This document shows, piece after piece, positions 1 through 12,021 of a DNA stretch of 64,000 bases. How positions within the stretch are numbered: position 1 is the first letter of the stretch; every line of letters starts with the position of its first letter. Both the position numbers and the translations under genes were made by a program. Source of the stretch: Escherichia coli. Lineage in GTDB: Bacteria > Pseudomonadota > Gammaproteobacteria > Enterobacterales > Enterobacteriaceae. Under the pieces are notes generated by a model that was given only the letters and a program-made list of their open reading frames with translations, did no database searches and had not been told where the DNA came from. Location of the stretch: NCBI RefSeq assembly GCF_024700885.2, contig NZ_CP117016.1; one strand, given 5' to 3'.

Positions 1-766
1 GATGACGTAAACGCTGGCTACCCGGCTGCGCACCCAGCAATCGGTGCAAAGTGCTGGCATCTTCCGGAATGCGTTTCTTTTGTTCATCGCTCAGCGGTAA
101 CTGGCGCAAAGCCTTGCCGAGAGATTCGGTTAAGCGCGCGGCAGCTTTACCCGTTGGTGCAGCCAGACGGATACGGCAGCGTTCGCCGTCGGCCATTTGA
201 ATTAACGCTGCCAGCAACTTCGCTACGGTGGTCGTTTTACCGGTGCCAGGGCCGCCGGAAATCACCGAGATCCGCCGCGTCAGCGCCACTGCCGCCGCAA
301 CTTTTTGCCAGTTAATTTCATCGCTTACTGGAAAAAGTTTGTCCAGGGTTTGCGCCAGTAGAGCTTCATCAACCTCAATGGCATGATTCACTTCGTTGAA
401 AAAGCGTGCCACTGTGCGCTCGTTACACCACATGCGATTCAAATAAAGACGATCGCCACAGAGGATCATCGGCGTTGGTTCATCTCCCCGGCTGACCGCT
501 TGTGAAGCCAGCAAGCATTCTTCCCAATTTTGTAGCTCACCGATTTCACTGACACAGGTCGCCAACAGCGGATGCGATGCCTCGTTATTTTCCAGTCGTG
601 AAAGCGGCAAACAAACGTGTCCCTCTCCGGCATCATGACTTAACAGTGCCGCCGCGAGGGTGACGGCAGGATGTTCATCTCCCGCCACGGTCAGGGCAAA
701 CTGCACGTCCAGCGGGCGTAGCTGTTTGTGCTCCACAGCTTCCAGTAATTGCTTTTGCAATTTCAT
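1..766 (-). CDS. recD: RecBCD exonuclease V alpha subunit RecD, N-terminal ~255 codons (3' end runs off the window start)
   Basis: Minus-strand frame open from the window edge to ATG at 766..764, overlapping the recB stop (TAATG). Translation starts [13 protein letters not shown] and includes Walker [12 protein letters not shown] (around 230-262). Absent from ORF track because truncated. Confidence 0.9.
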   Translation of the reverse strand, partial: MKLQKQLLEAVEHKQLRPLDVQFALTVAGDEHPAVTLAAALLSHDAGEGHVCLPLSRLENNEASHPLLATCVSEIGELQNWEECLLASQAVSRGDEPTPMILCGDRLYLNRMWCNERTVARFFNEVNHAIEVDEALLAQTLDKLFPVSDEINWQKVAAAVALTRRISVISGGPGTGKTTTVAKLLAALIQMADGERCRIRLAAPTGKAAARLTESLGKALRQLPLSDEQKKRIPEDASTLHRLLGAQPGSQRLRH

Positions 767-3700
767 TACGCCTCCTCCAGGGTCATACCGGCAAACATCT
801 CATCCATCAGGGCAATCAACCCGGCATTGGGTCGGGTTGTGTAAATCCCCTGTTGCGGATGTTCTTTATCAACACCACGCAGGAACAGATAGATAACGCC
901 GCCAAAGTGACGATCATAGTCGTAATCAGCAATGCGATGGCGCAGATAACGATGCAGCGCCAGGGTATAAAGCTGATATTGCAGATCATAGCGGTGTGCC
1001 TGCATCGCCGCTGCCATAGCCTGTTGGGTGTAAGCCGAACTGTCTTCACCCAGCCAGTTGGATTTATAGTCGAGCAGGTAATAACGCCCTTCGTGGCGGA
1101 ATACCAGGTCGATAAAGCCTTTTAACATGCCGCGTACCTGCATGAACTCCAGCGGCGGGCAGCCAGCGGATAGCGGATCAAACTGGCGAATTAGTGCATC
1201 AAGCTGGCTGGCGATGAGCGGTTCACTAATCGGCAGGTAAAACTCCATCTCCACCTGTTTATCGCGGTCGGAAAGCTGACTCAGGCTAACACCCGTTTCA
1301 TTGAGAGGTGCCTGGAGGACAGCCGTGATCCACTCGGTCAACACCGGTTCCCACTGCGATTCAAAGCCGCCGAGCTCCAGTTTTTCCTGTACCCAGTTCG
1401 GGTCAACCGGCTGGGTAAAATCGAGGTCTTCAAACAAACTGTGCAAGAATGTCCCCGGTGACGCACCGCGCGGGAACTGATGCGGTGTTAACGTCGGTTC
1501 TTCAACGACGCTGACCACGCCTGCGGCATCAACATCCAGCCGTGGCATCAGATCCTGAGCGATACCGTGACCACGCTGCTGCAAACCGGAGTAGCTGGTG
1601 ACACGCCAGTTATCGCCGGGCAATCGTTGTAGTGTCCTCGCATTCAGTTCTGCAGTTATAGCATCATTAACCTGCCAGGGCTGGTTATCACCCGTTTGTG
1701 CCGTTTGCCAGGCAATATCATCATCGCATAACGCTTCAATACAGGTGCGAAGCCCTGCCGCATCTTGCGGTTCCCCTTTTTGCAGCAAACGCCCGAGCGC
1801 ACTTTGGTGGACGTCGGTGTCACCTTTTTTATCGCCACGACGGCGCACCAGCGGTGCAACGCCGAGACTGCAATGCCAAACCGAACGCGTCAGCGCCACG
1901 TAAAGCAAACGCAGATCTTCCGCCAGACGTTCGGCCTCCGCGAGGTCGACGCTTTCTGGCGCAGCATTAAGATCCAGAACAGCCTCAAACGAGTGGCGAT
2001 CGTGATAGAACGCCTGATCCTGGACGCGGAAATTGGTAATAAATGGCAACCAAACCAGCGGATATTCCAGCCCTTTTGATTTATGGATCGTGACAATCTG
2101 CACCAGATGTTTATCACTTTCGAGGCGCATTTGTTGGCTGGAGGCATTACTGTCTGGCTCGAGGATATGTTGCGATAACCAGCGTACCAGCGCATGTTCA
2201 CTTTCCAGCTGCGTTCCGGCTTCTTGTAGCAGTTCGCTGATATGCAAGATATCGGTAAGACGCCGCTCACCGCCTGCCGTTGCCAGCAAGTTTTCTGCAA
2301 TCTTACGCGCCGACATCAGCGCCCGCAGCATCGGCATAACGCCACGTTTGCGCCAGATTTGCCGATAACCATCGAACTCTTCGACTACCGCATCCCACGC
2401 ATGTTCGTCATTGTTCAGCGTTTCGATATCCAGCGCGTTCAGCCCCATCATTGACGTTGCCAGCGCACTACGCAGGGTGTTCTCACGTTCGGGCGTCATC
2501 ACCGCCTGCAACAACCAAAGCATTTCCTGCGCTTCCAGAGTTTCAAAAACACTGTCGCGGTTCGAAAGGTAAACGGAAGGGATTTCCAGCAACGTTAAGG
2601 CGTCGCGCACCTGGGCGGCCTCCTGGCGGCTGCGCACCAGCACACTGATGTCCGAAGCACGCACCGGACGCGCGTCGTCGCCGTTCATCAGCAACGCTTC
2701 GCCCCGCTGTCCGGCTTGTAGCCAGTCGCGGATTTGCGCAGCACATACCTGCGCCATGGTACTTTGATAGTCGCCAACGCCACAGCTTTCGCCTTCCATC
2801 AGCCACATTTTCATCGCAGGCTGCGTTTCACCTTTAAAGACAAAACGTAACGCCTGATTTTTCCCGGCTGATTTCACTGGAATAAACGGTATTTCGCGAA
2901 ACATGAACGCGTCATCAGTCTGGCTGAAAAGCTTGTTCACACTATTCACCATTCCTGGTGCGGAGCGCCAGTTGGTATCTAAGGTGTAGTGGGCGTGAAC
3001 TTCGCTACGCGCCTTCATATAAGTGAAGATATCCGCACCCCGGAATGCATATATGGCCTGTTTCGGGTCGCCAATCAGCAACAAAGCGGTTTCCGGCTGA
3101 TGGTGCCAGATACGGCGAAAAATTCGGTACTGCTGGGGGTCGGTATCCTGAAATTCATCGATCATTGCCACCGGGAATCGCGTACGGATCGCCGCTGCCA
3201 ACACCTCGCCGCTTTCGCTACGCAGCGCGGAATCGAGCCGACTTAACATGTCATCAAAACCCAATTCACCACGGCGGCGTTTTTCACGCGCTACTGTTTC
3301 GCGGATCTCAGCCAATGCGCGGGTTATCACCAGATCACGGATCGACAATGGTTCTGCAAGCAGTTGATCGATCGCCTCAAACAGTGGATGTCGCGGGGTT
3401 TCCCCCCCGGCTTTCGTGCGATCTTCTAAGAAACGCTGAGAGAATTTTTCCAGCGACTCCGGTAACTGATAACTGTTGGTCTCTTCTTCTGCCCAAGCGC
3501 TGATCTTCTCGATCCATTTAGCCTGATTGCTACGGTTAAACTTGCGTCGATCAATACCAGAAGATTCGATCAGCGCATCCAGTTCACCCACTGCGTCGCG
3601 CCACTGCTGTTTTACCGTATCAATACGCGCCACAATTTGCGCGTGGCGGGAAGCCAGCGTTTCATCATCGGGCGGCGGTGCTTTGATAACCGGTGCTTCG

Positions 3701-4308
3701 CCTTGCAGATAACGATTAATATCGCGCAGCAACGCCTGCGGCCCTTTCCAGGTTTCAAAGACCACCTGGGCAATTTCACGCGGCAGCGGGTAGCAGTGGC
3801 GACGCCAGAAATCGGCGCAGGCCTGGTAGCGTAGCAGAGACTCATCTTCAATCAGCTGCTGCTCAAACAGCATGCCGGATTCAAAGGCATTCAGGTTGAG
3901 CATGCGCTGGCAAAAACCGTGAATAGTAAAGACTGCCGCTTCATCCATCTGCCGTTCGGCTAACAACAACCACTGCGCGGCTTGCGCTTTATCGTCGATC
4001 TCTTCCAGCAGGCGTTCGTACAGTGGATTGTCGGTGGTTTCACGCAGACAGGCGATGCGCAACTCGTGGATATTGCTACGGATACGACCGCGCAATTCTG
4101 CCGTGGCAGCCTCGGTAAAGGTGACCACCAGCAGTTCTTCAACGGTCAGCGGGCGGGGAAAGGCGGCAGAACCGCCTAGTCCAAGTAACAGGCGCAAATA
4201 GAGCGCCGCAATCGTAAAGGTTTTGCCTGTGCCGGCAGAGGCTTCAATCAGGCGCTCGCCCTGTAAGGGCAAGCGCAAAGGATCTAGTGTCTCGGCGACA
4301 TCACTCAT
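766..4308 (-). CDS. recB: RecBCD helicase/nuclease beta subunit RecB
   Basis: ORF 766..4317; product [13 protein letters not shown]... with UvrD-type helicase Walker A (AGTGKTF) and C-terminal nuclease domain; likely start is the second Met (4308). Confidence 0.95.
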   Translation of the reverse strand: MSDVAETLDPLRLPLQGERLIEASAGTGKTFTIAALYLRLLLGLGGSAAFPRPLTVEELLVVTFTEAATAELRGRIRSNIHELRIACLRETTDNPLYERLLEEIDDKAQAAQWLLLAERQMDEAAVFTIHGFCQRMLNLNAFESGMLFEQQLIEDESLLRYQACADFWRRHCYPLPREIAQVVFETWKGPQALLRDINRYLQGEAPVIKAPPPDDETLASRHAQIVARIDTVKQQWRDAVGELDALIESSGIDRRKFNRSNQAKWIEKISAWAEEETNSYQLPESLEKFSQRFLEDRTKAGGETPRHPLFEAIDQLLAEPLSIRDLVITRALAEIRETVAREKRRRGELGFDDMLSRLDSALRSESGEVLAAAIRTRFPVAMIDEFQDTDPQQYRIFRRIWHHQPETALLLIGDPKQAIYAFRGADIFTYMKARSEVHAHYTLDTNWRSAPGMVNSVNKLFSQTDDAFMFREIPFIPVKSAGKNQALRFVFKGETQPAMKMWLMEGESCGVGDYQSTMAQVCAAQIRDWLQAGQRGEALLMNGDDARPVRASDISVLVRSRQEAAQVRDALTLLEIPSVYLSNRDSVFETLEAQEMLWLLQAVMTPERENTLRSALATSMMGLNALDIETLNNDEHAWDAVVEEFDGYRQIWRKRGVMPMLRALMSARKIAENLLATAGGERRLTDILHISELLQEAGTQLESEHALVRWLSQHILEPDSNASSQQMRLESDKHLVQIVTIHKSKGLEYPLVWLPFITNFRVQDQAFYHDRHSFEAVLDLNAAPESVDLAEAERLAEDLRLLYVALTRSVWHCSLGVAPLVRRRGDKKGDTDVHQSALGRLLQKGEPQDAAGLRTCIEALCDDDIAWQTAQTGDNQPWQVNDAITAELNARTLQRLPGDNWRVTSYSGLQQRGHGIAQDLMPRLDVDAAGVVSVVEEPTLTPHQFPRGASPGTFLHSLFEDLDFTQPVDPNWVQEKLELGGFESQWEPVLTEWITAVLQAPLNETGVSLSQLSDRDKQVEMEFYLPISEPLIASQLDALIRQFDPLSAGCPPLEFMQVRGMLKGFIDLVFRHEGRYYLLDYKSNWLGEDSSAYTQQAMAAAMQAHRYDLQYQLYTLALHRYLRHRIADYDYDRHFGGVIYLFLRGVDKEHPQQGIYTTRPNAGLIALMDEMFAGMTLEEA

Positions 4309-7189
4309 TCTTTTCACTCATCAGGGGCATTGTTTGCTGCAACGCGCTGACGTTCTCCCACACTTTCCAGCCTTCAGGATGCACATATTCGGCTTTCCCG
4401 TTCTGGCTGCCGGAAATCTGCGACAGAATAGCCATGCCTTGCGGCTCGACCACCGCCTGATGGAAGAAATCAGCAAGTTTTTGCGGCGTCAGCAGTTTTA
4501 TCTGGGCCACGATTTTATCACGCGAATCGAAGCGCATATTGCCGCGATCGAAATCTTTACTTAACTTCGATGCTTCTTCGCCGAGCGTTTGCGGTGCCTG
4601 CAGCATCTGGGTTATTACCGCCTGCTGGATTTGCGCAAACTCTTCTGGCTTCATCGTCCGCAATTTTGCCTCTGCGGTTGGGAAAAACGCCTTGTAACGC
4701 TCCCACAAGAATGAAGGCTGTTTATCATTGCTTTGCAACAGGAAGCCCATGCCCCACTGACGCCCCACGCTCATTGGAAACGCAAACACGGCATAGCCCA
4801 ACTGTTCTTCGGTACGCAACTGATTGTAGAACCACGGCTGTACGATCTGCCCCAACAGAGAGCTATAGGCTGAGCTGGTGTATTCATCGTAGCCAGTCGG
4901 TACAAATACCGCTGCCAGTGCGGAGTCGGTACTGTTACCGGCTTTTTCAAAGATGACGGATTGTTTTTTATCGACCACGACATCTTTGTTACGACACCAC
5001 TCCGAACCATCAGCGCCCAACTGTTTTTGCACATCGCGTGCCAGCGTTGTTGCCTGGGCTTCGGTCATGTTGCCAATAACCATAAACTCTGGTCGAGCCC
5101 CTGATTTTAAGGCGTCGCGATAGGCCAGCACCTCTTTCAAAGTGATTGAAGGCAAAATTTTGCGCCGTTCATCTCGCGAGAAGTACGGCACTTGCGAGAG
5201 CATCTGCGCGGGCATAATCGCCTGCTCGAACGCTTTGCCCTTTTCTGCGGAATCCATCATCTGGTTATACCAGGACTTCGCCTGCTCAAGCTGATCTTCC
5301 GTAGCGGTATAGCTAAAGTAGCCCTCGAGCAATGCCTGGAACAGCTGCGGCAGGCGCTGGGTGTAACCATTGGCATTAACCATAAGGCCGTTGTTAGCGT
5401 TGGTGGAAAAACTTATGCCACCAACCGACGCCTGGTTGCTTAACTGATCAAGCGCCAGCCCTGCGAGATAATCATTGAGCGCAAACATCACCTGATTGCG
5501 GGCGCTATCCATGGCTTTCGGATTACGCAAAATCAGGCTGACATCAGCTTTGGGTTCGCTGGAAAAATAACGGCTTGGCGCATAGACCACACGCAGATTC
5601 GACTCATCAACAATAAGCTCTGGATGGTCATATTTCTTCTCTGACTTAATCAGCGAGAAATCGTCAGGAATATAGGGGTTAAGCTCTGGCAAAGAGAGCG
5701 CAATGTCGGCGGCTTTTTTCTGCCAGTCAGCGAAAGTTTGTGCGCTAATTTTATCTACCTGATACGGCGCATCGACAAAGTAAGCCGTTTTGTTGTGCGG
5801 CTCTTTCGGGCTGATATACCAGATACGCGCATTCTGCGGCGTCATCATCGCCAGGCGTTCTTTTACTGCTTTAGCGTCGTACCGATCGGCAATATTGACT
5901 GCATCCAGCGTATGCTCAACAGGAACGCGAATCATGGTATCTGCCAGCCATTCGACGTAATCCATATCACGGGTGATTGACGGATAACGGAAGTCGATAT
6001 CCAGCACATTCGCCAGTTCATCGAAGTATTGTTTATCGATCCCTTTTTCACGTAACAGATTGAGGTAGCTAAAAATGGCCGCCACAACCTGATCGCGATT
6101 CGCCAGACCTTTATCGGTTAAAGAAGCAGAGATCGCTAATACGCCGCTGTTGCCGTTGACGATAGGATCGGAGTTGGCGCTAATGCCCTCAACTAATCCC
6201 TGCTTTTGCAGCCAGTCAGAAAGTGTACCTGGGCTGCGATTACCAATCAGATAGGTAATCAATTCATCCGTTTTACTACGGAACTTCGCTGAGTTGTTCT
6301 CGATGCGAAACTCAACGCGCAGAACTTTACGCGGCAGCGCCGGGACGTAATGAATGATAATGCCCTTTTGCGCGTCGGTGACTACCGGCACGGTGATTTC
6401 CGGTTTTTTGCTCTCGTTGTTCGGCACGCGACCAAAGGTGTCCGCCGCCATTTTTGCCAACTCCGGCAGCGGTTTATTGCTGTAAATAACCGCCTTCATC
6501 AGATTGGCGGAATAGTACTTCTCGTGGAAATCTTTCAGCGCCTGCTGCACCGGATTTCCGGGTTTGTCGCTTAAAGTTTCGAGGTTACCACCAGAAAACT
6601 TTGAACCGGGGTGTGCCGGGTTAATGGTTTCTGCGCTGACCTGCGCCATGCGCATCCCGTCACGCGTACGCGCCATGGTTAATTCGGCATTCACTGCATT
6701 ACGTTCACGTTCGGCGTATTTCTTGTCGAGCAAGGGTTCTGCAATAGCGTCCGCCAGGCGGTCTACCGCACCGGGCAAGGCGTCGTTCTCAACTTCCAGA
6801 TAGAAAGCCGTGCGATACGGTGCCGTGCTGGCATTGTGACTGCCGCCGTGCATTTTGAGATATTCGGCCAGACTGTCAGCCTGCGGGTACTTTTTCGACC
6901 CCATCAGACTCATATGTTCAAGGTAATGTGCCAGCCCCTGGTACGCCTCGGGATCTTCCAGCGACCCAACGGGAACCACCAGCGCCGAGAGCGATTTAAC
7001 CGCCTGCGGATCAGAAACCAGCAAGACCACCATACCGTTATCCAGACGTATAGCCTGATACTGGCGGTTATCTTTATCACTTTTACGGATGGTTTCCTGA
7101 ATCGGCTGCCATCCCGTTTCTGCCTGACTTAAGGGTGCCCAAAGGGCAACAAACAACAATAATGCTTTGAACCAGGTGCTGCGGGGCAT
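4301..7189 (-). CDS. ptrA: Protease III (pitrilysin), M16 zinc metalloprotease
   Basis: 962-aa ORF with signal peptide and inverted zinc motif HYLEH; stop overlaps recB start. Confidence 0.95.
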   Translation of the reverse strand: MPRSTWFKALLLFVALWAPLSQAETGWQPIQETIRKSDKDNRQYQAIRLDNGMVVLLVSDPQAVKSLSALVVPVGSLEDPEAYQGLAHYLEHMSLMGSKKYPQADSLAEYLKMHGGSHNASTAPYRTAFYLEVENDALPGAVDRLADAIAEPLLDKKYAERERNAVNAELTMARTRDGMRMAQVSAETINPAHPGSKFSGGNLETLSDKPGNPVQQALKDFHEKYYSANLMKAVIYSNKPLPELAKMAADTFGRVPNNESKKPEITVPVVTDAQKGIIIHYVPALPRKVLRVEFRIENNSAKFRSKTDELITYLIGNRSPGTLSDWLQKQGLVEGISANSDPIVNGNSGVLAISASLTDKGLANRDQVVAAIFSYLNLLREKGIDKQYFDELANVLDIDFRYPSITRDMDYVEWLADTMIRVPVEHTLDAVNIADRYDAKAVKERLAMMTPQNARIWYISPKEPHNKTAYFVDAPYQVDKISAQTFADWQKKAADIALSLPELNPYIPDDFSLIKSEKKYDHPELIVDESNLRVVYAPSRYFSSEPKADVSLILRNPKAMDSARNQVMFALNDYLAGLALDQLSNQASVGGISFSTNANNGLMVNANGYTQRLPQLFQALLEGYFSYTATEDQLEQAKSWYNQMMDSAEKGKAFEQAIMPAQMLSQVPYFSRDERRKILPSITLKEVLAYRDALKSGARPEFMVIGNMTEAQATTLARDVQKQLGADGSEWCRNKDVVVDKKQSVIFEKAGNSTDSALAAVFVPTGYDEYTSSAYSSLLGQIVQPWFYNQLRTEEQLGYAVFAFPMSVGRQWGMGFLLQSNDKQPSFLWERYKAFFPTAEAKLRTMKPEEFAQIQQAVITQMLQAPQTLGEEASKLSKDFDRGNMRFDSRDKIVAQIKLLTPQKLADFFHQAVVEPQGMAILSQISGSQNGKAEYVHPEGWKVWENVSALQQTMPLMSEKNE

Positions 7190-7364
7190 TCACGGACCTC
7201 ATAATCAACTTTATTTTCTGACCAGATTCAACAGGTTAACGCAAATCATCTGCCAGAATTTAATCTTGTGCTGCACGAGTCAGCCTATGTCTATATATCC
7301 ATCAGTCCGTGACTGGTGCGCATCATAATGTAAGCGAATGAATTGCGCAATTTTTATACAACAC

Positions 7365-10300
7365 TCATGACTGATTAAAGCGAAACAGCGGTAACAGGAA
7401 ACGTTGCGACTGTTCAACGATGGCCTCCATTGTCTCTGGTGTTAATTGCCGCCAGAGCCGTTGATACCAGATATCATCACCTTCGCCACGCACCATCATG
7501 TTGCCTTCGTAAGCCTGAAGGAATTTCGTACGGGCTTTTTGCAACGTGGAATCGTCATCCAGCATGGCATCGTTTTGCGCGTCATAACAGGTTTTTAGCC
7601 ACGCGCCGCCACTTTCAGGTAACACCAGCAATGGCGCGGACATTCCTTCACGATACCCCTCAATCAGTTGTGAGAGGTAATGCAAAGCCTGTTCGGCTGC
7701 AAGCGGCGGAAAACGCCACTCGCCGTCTTTGCGTAGAAAAAGGCGACTTTCACCATTACCACCGCTGGCACAGTAGACAAGGTGTTCCAGCCAAAGTTGC
7801 ATTCCCTGTGCCACACTTAATAAAGAGGGACGCCAGCGCAACAGGCCATCCGGCTGCACCTGCGGCAACCAGCCAGTTATCTGCACACCGTTGCAGGCGA
7901 GATCAATTTCCATACTCTGCCCCGGCTGGCGACAGGCAATGACTCTATCGGCAAGCTGCTGCATCTCCTGGCACTGTGTTTCCCAGAAAATTTCACCAAA
8001 AGCGCCATACGGTAAATCCCCTGCCGCCCGGAAGCGGCGGAACAAGCGTTCGGCATCATCCTGCTCAACCAGTGCATTCAATAACTGCTGATTGATTTGA
8101 TAACGGCTAAGCCCTTCCAGAATAAATGGCTCGGTGTCGGGGATTTCGCTGTCTTCGGTACGGAAGTTCACCTGCAAACGCATCTGGAAAAATGCCCGCA
8201 CCGGATGTGCCCAGAATCGTTGTAGCGTTTCCAGCGGCACGGTTTCCGGTAAGGTAAACGGCAGCGGCTGAACAAATTCAGAATGTGCTTTACCAGCCTG
8301 GCTGGCCGCAGGTAGCCATTCACGAGCATAACTTTGTCGTTCGCCTGGCTGGTAGTTTTGCGGATCAAACGGCATTCGGGTATGGAGGCAAGTAAGATGC
8401 GCTTTTACCCTTGCCTCGCTTTCATCACAGTTGAGCGCCTCATCGCCCGGTAGATAATGACTTTGTCCGATGTAGTCGATCAGTTCCTGCACCAGTACCG
8501 ACGGGAAACGTTCACTGTTATCCTGAATGGAACGCCCGATATAGCTGATATAGAGTTTTTGCTGCGCGGAAATTAACGCTTCCAGGAACAGATAGCGGTC
8601 ATCATCGCGACGGCTACGGTCGCCACGCTTCGGTTTCTGGCTCATCAGGTCAAAGCCCAATGGCGCAAGCTGGCGTGGATAAACGCCGTCGTTCATTCCC
8701 AGCAGGCAAACCACTTTGAATGGGATGGAACGCATTGGCATCAGAGTACAAATGTTAACCGGTCCGGCGAGAAAACGCTGGCTGATACGTTCCTGATCCA
8801 GGCGCTGTGCCAGTTCATCACGCAATAGTGACAGCGGCACCGCGTCGCCATACTGCGCACCTAAACCTTCGGCGATAATCGCCTGCCATTGTTGTTCGAT
8901 CAGCGTCATCGCCGCTTCGGTTTCCGCATCCGGCAGGAAGAAGGCGTTGAGCATATCGCGACAAACCGGCAACCACTCTTCCAGCGGACGCTCCTGCGCC
9001 AGCCCGCGACGCCAGATGTTTAGCTGCATTAGCAGTGAAGCCAGATGCCCCACCAGTTCTGCAATTAAGCCGCTCGATTCATCATAAGGTAGAACCGATT
9101 GCCACTCGCCCTGCGCGCTCTCCATCGCGTAGCCCAGCAACATACGCGTCAGGCCAAATCGCCAGGTGTGTTGTCCGGTGGCCGGGAGTTCCAGCTCGCG
9201 AACGTTGTCGTCATCTATCCCCCAACGAATGCCGGATTCGTTGACCCACTGGCGTAAATAACGCAGCCCTTCTTCGGTGATGTCAAACCGCGCCGCCAGC
9301 ACCGGCACATCCAGCAGCGCCAGCACATCCTCTGACACAAAGCGACTGTCAGGCAGTGATAACAGGCTGATAAACGCTTCCAGTACCGGATGTGACTGCC
9401 GCGCCCGACGGTCGGAAATGGCGTAAGGCAGGTAACGATCCGCAGGTGCGCTACCAAACACAGCCTGAATAAACGGACTGTAGCTGTCGATGTCAGCCAC
9501 CATCACGATGATGTCGCGCGGAGTAAGTGTCGGGTCTTCCTCCAGCATCGCCAGCAGGCGATCGTGTAAAACTTCAACTTCACGCTGCGGGCTATGGCAA
9601 ACGTGAAAGGTGATACTGCTATCCAGTGGATCAAGCGGGCGTTTGTTATCGCTACGGGAAAACTCTTCGATGTTCACACCCGCAACGGCGCGGTTTTCCA
9701 GTTCCAGAATGTCAGACTGAATGTTATGCAGCAGGTTATCTGGCGTGACATCGACAAAAGCGTCCAGCTCCTGGCTGCCCTCCAGGTCAGAAAGAAGATA
9801 AATGTAGTCGCGCCCAAGCTTGCCCCATGAGGCCAGCAGCGGGTTACCGACATCCTGTTCACCATCGCTGTTAAAGAGCTGTCCGGCATTTTCGCTGTCG
9901 CGAAATAGCGGTAATTCGCGATCTTCAAAACTGTGTCGGCGCTGGCGAGTCAGCAGTTTCGCCAGATAAGCAGGATCTTTAATGTCGCCCCAGTAATAAC
10001 GGCAGGGGTTGGTAAACAGGAGATGGATTTCAATATGTTTACCCAGCGCCTGTAGCGCCTGGAGATAAACAGGCGGTAACGCGGAAATACCGCATATAAA
10101 GACGCGCGAAGGTAGCCCCGGCGGGCAGGTCGTCGCGGACTCCAGCGTTTCGATAAAGCGCTGATAGAGATTGGCGCGGTGCCAGCGCGGTTGCCCGAGT
10201 TCGTCGGTATATTCCACCAACGCCTTCCACAACGGCGCTTGCCAGGCCTGTGCTTCTCCCAGCCCTTCAACCAAATGTCCTGTTTCCCACTGTGCCAGCC

Positions 10301-10733
10301 AGTCCGGACGATAGACCAGATACTGGTCAAACAGGTCCGCCGCTTTTGAAGAAAGCTGGAACAGTTTTCGCTTGTCGCTATCGTCAGTCAGATAATGCCG
10401 CAACAGGGTAAAGTCTTCGCGCTCCAACAGTTGCGGCAGCAGAGTCATCAGTTTCCAGCTCATGCTCTGTTTGTTAAAGGCGCTCTCTTTGGGGATTTCC
10501 GGTAACACCCGGACGAACATATCCCAGATAAAGCTCGCTGGCAGCGGAAAATCAATGTTTGCCGCAATACCAAACTTTTGCGACAGGGTCATTTGCAGCC
10601 ACTGCGCCATACCGGTACTTTGCACCAGAATCATCTCTGGTTCGAAAGGATCGTCCAGCCGTTCGCGTTCGACAATAAACTCCATCAACGCTTCCAGCAC
10701 GTCCAGACGATTGGAATGGTAGACCCTTAACAT
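7365..10733 (-). CDS. recC: RecBCD subunit RecC
   Basis: 1122-aa ORF starting MLRVYHSNRLDVLEALM; position between ptrA and ppdC. Confidence 0.95.
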   Translation of the reverse strand: MLRVYHSNRLDVLEALMEFIVERERLDDPFEPEMILVQSTGMAQWLQMTLSQKFGIAANIDFPLPASFIWDMFVRVLPEIPKESAFNKQSMSWKLMTLLPQLLEREDFTLLRHYLTDDSDKRKLFQLSSKAADLFDQYLVYRPDWLAQWETGHLVEGLGEAQAWQAPLWKALVEYTDELGQPRWHRANLYQRFIETLESATTCPPGLPSRVFICGISALPPVYLQALQALGKHIEIHLLFTNPCRYYWGDIKDPAYLAKLLTRQRRHSFEDRELPLFRDSENAGQLFNSDGEQDVGNPLLASWGKLGRDYIYLLSDLEGSQELDAFVDVTPDNLLHNIQSDILELENRAVAGVNIEEFSRSDNKRPLDPLDSSITFHVCHSPQREVEVLHDRLLAMLEEDPTLTPRDIIVMVADIDSYSPFIQAVFGSAPADRYLPYAISDRRARQSHPVLEAFISLLSLPDSRFVSEDVLALLDVPVLAARFDITEEGLRYLRQWVNESGIRWGIDDDNVRELELPATGQHTWRFGLTRMLLGYAMESAQGEWQSVLPYDESSGLIAELVGHLASLLMQLNIWRRGLAQERPLEEWLPVCRDMLNAFFLPDAETEAAMTLIEQQWQAIIAEGLGAQYGDAVPLSLLRDELAQRLDQERISQRFLAGPVNICTLMPMRSIPFKVVCLLGMNDGVYPRQLAPLGFDLMSQKPKRGDRSRRDDDRYLFLEALISAQQKLYISYIGRSIQDNSERFPSVLVQELIDYIGQSHYLPGDEALNCDESEARVKAHLTCLHTRMPFDPQNYQPGERQSYAREWLPAASQAGKAHSEFVQPLPFTLPETVPLETLQRFWAHPVRAFFQMRLQVNFRTEDSEIPDTEPFILEGLSRYQINQQLLNALVEQDDAERLFRRFRAAGDLPYGAFGEIFWETQCQEMQQLADRVIACRQPGQSMEIDLACNGVQITGWLPQVQPDGLLRWRPSLLSVAQGMQLWLEHLVYCASGGNGESRLFLRKDGEWRFPPLAAEQALHYLSQLIEGYREGMSAPLLVLPESGGAWLKTCYDAQNDAMLDDDSTLQKARTKFLQAYEGNMMVRGEGDDIWYQRLWRQLTPETMEAIVEQSQRFLLPLFRFNQS

Positions 10734-10745
10734 AGCGGCTCCTGA

Positions 10746-11069
10746 CTACTGACGATTCGGGCAATGCAGGCGGGTCATCTCGCCTTCTCTGCCCCCGGGT
10801 GAAACTAGCGTAACGCTGATGCTGACACATCCCGCCTGCGATGTCTGCATTCGGTTTACCTGCCAGTTGGCAGGTGGCGAAATCGCACGCAGTTGCGTTT
10901 GCTGCCAGCCATGCCGCCAGAGCTGTTGGTACTGATTTCTGCTGGCAAGACTGTTCATTAATGTTCGCTGGAAACCCGATAACGCAGTGACAATCATCAC
11001 CATCAACACCATCGCCAACATTACCTCCGGCAGGCTAAAGCCTTGTTGATTCTTCAGGGAAGCTGACAT
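10746..11069 (-). CDS. ppdC: Prepilin peptidase-dependent protein C (pseudopilin-like)
   Basis: Internal Met of ORF 10746..11156 gives 107 aa [23 protein letters not shown] (N-terminal prepilin-type motif); overlaps ygdB stop. Confidence 0.8.
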   Translation of the reverse strand: MSASLKNQQGFSLPEVMLAMVLMVMIVTALSGFQRTLMNSLASRNQYQQLWRHGWQQTQLRAISPPANWQVNRMQTSQAGCVSISVTLVSPGGREGEMTRLHCPNRQ

Positions 11070-11461
11070 AACGCCCTCTCTTTCAGCGGACAAAAATCGC
11101 TCCAGCCGCGTGGCGAAAAAACAATGTTTCCATCGATGACTTCTCCTGTTCGCCACAACGAAACGCCTTCATAACCGGCAATCAATAAGGCTTCATTATC
11201 TGCCAATAAACGCAGACAAACCCGGGCACCGGTGGCAGCGTACAGTAAGCACTGAACTGCGGGCTGCGTCTGCCAGGAGTGCATTTTTCCCCACTCCAGC
11301 GCCGACTGAACGATGGCCTGGCGGCGCAATGACTGACTTTCCATGCTCACGCGAGAGGCAAAACTGCGATCCTGTTGGCTCATTCCTTGTAATAGCAAGC
11401 TACCCAAAACCAGCAGCATAAGGACCAGAGCCAGTGACGAAACACCCTTTTCGCGGTTCAC
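11054..11461 (-). CDS. ygdB: Uncharacterized pseudopilin-operon protein YgdB
   Basis: 135-aa ORF with hydrophobic N-terminus; overlapping (coupled) with ppdB and ppdC. Confidence 0.8.
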   Translation of the reverse strand: MNREKGVSSLALVLMLLVLGSLLLQGMSQQDRSFASRVSMESQSLRRQAIVQSALEWGKMHSWQTQPAVQCLLYAATGARVCLRLLADNEALLIAGYEGVSLWRTGEVIDGNIVFSPRGWSDFCPLKERALCQLP

Positions 11462-12021
11462 AGGTTGGATCCTGTCACGCTATAACTGGCATCCACCACG
11501 GTTTGCGGATCAGCCTTGCTGGCAGCGTGCATATTAACCGTCAACACCGGCGAGAAACCGCTGACATCCTGTCGGGTAACCTGAAAAGTGTCGATAATGA
11601 TGGCATCCGGATTAGTGACTTTATCCCAGCCCTTACCTTCACAGGATGTCGCACCGCGTAGCGTTTCCAGCACATGCTCCTTCAGACGAAATCCAATCTG
11701 GTCGGACTCTTTTACCGGTTCGCGATCCCAGATACCGTTACTGTTCGCATCCCACTGCACAATGATACAGTCACCCTGTCCGACAATTTCCAGCCCTTCG
11801 CCGGTACAGCTGCCATGACAATAACCCGCCCTCTGGAGATGCTTCGCGACGGTAAATACCCGCAGCCAGATTTCATCTTCCAGCGCCAGCTTACGGGTGC
11901 TCGTTAAACTTTCACGCTGTAACGCAGGCAGAAAGCGTGCTGCCCCCAGCAACAATACGCTACTGATCGCCATAGCAATCAACACTTCCAGCAGAGAAAA
12001 ACCTAGCTCTTTTACAGGCAT
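11458..12021 (-). CDS. ppdB: Prepilin peptidase-dependent protein B
   Basis: Internal Met of ORF 11458..12261 gives 187 aa [21 protein letters not shown] (type IV pilin-like leader/hydrophobic segment). Confidence 0.8.
   Translation of the reverse strand: MPVKELGFSLLEVLIAMAISSVLLLGAARFLPALQRESLTSTRKLALEDEIWLRVFTVAKHLQRAGYCHGSCTGEGLEIVGQGDCIIVQWDANSNGIWDREPVKESDQIGFRLKEHVLETLRGATSCEGKGWDKVTNPDAIIIDTFQVTRQDVSGFSPVLTVNMHAASKADPQTVVDASYSVTGSNL

Noticed and set aside
660-1125. Short ORFs (660..896 +, 816..1049 -, 853..1125 +) overlapping the recD/recB coding region
   Set aside because: They sit inside or antisense to the well-supported recD and recB frames, have no RBS, and have low-complexity, Cys/Arg-rich translations typical of spurious frames.
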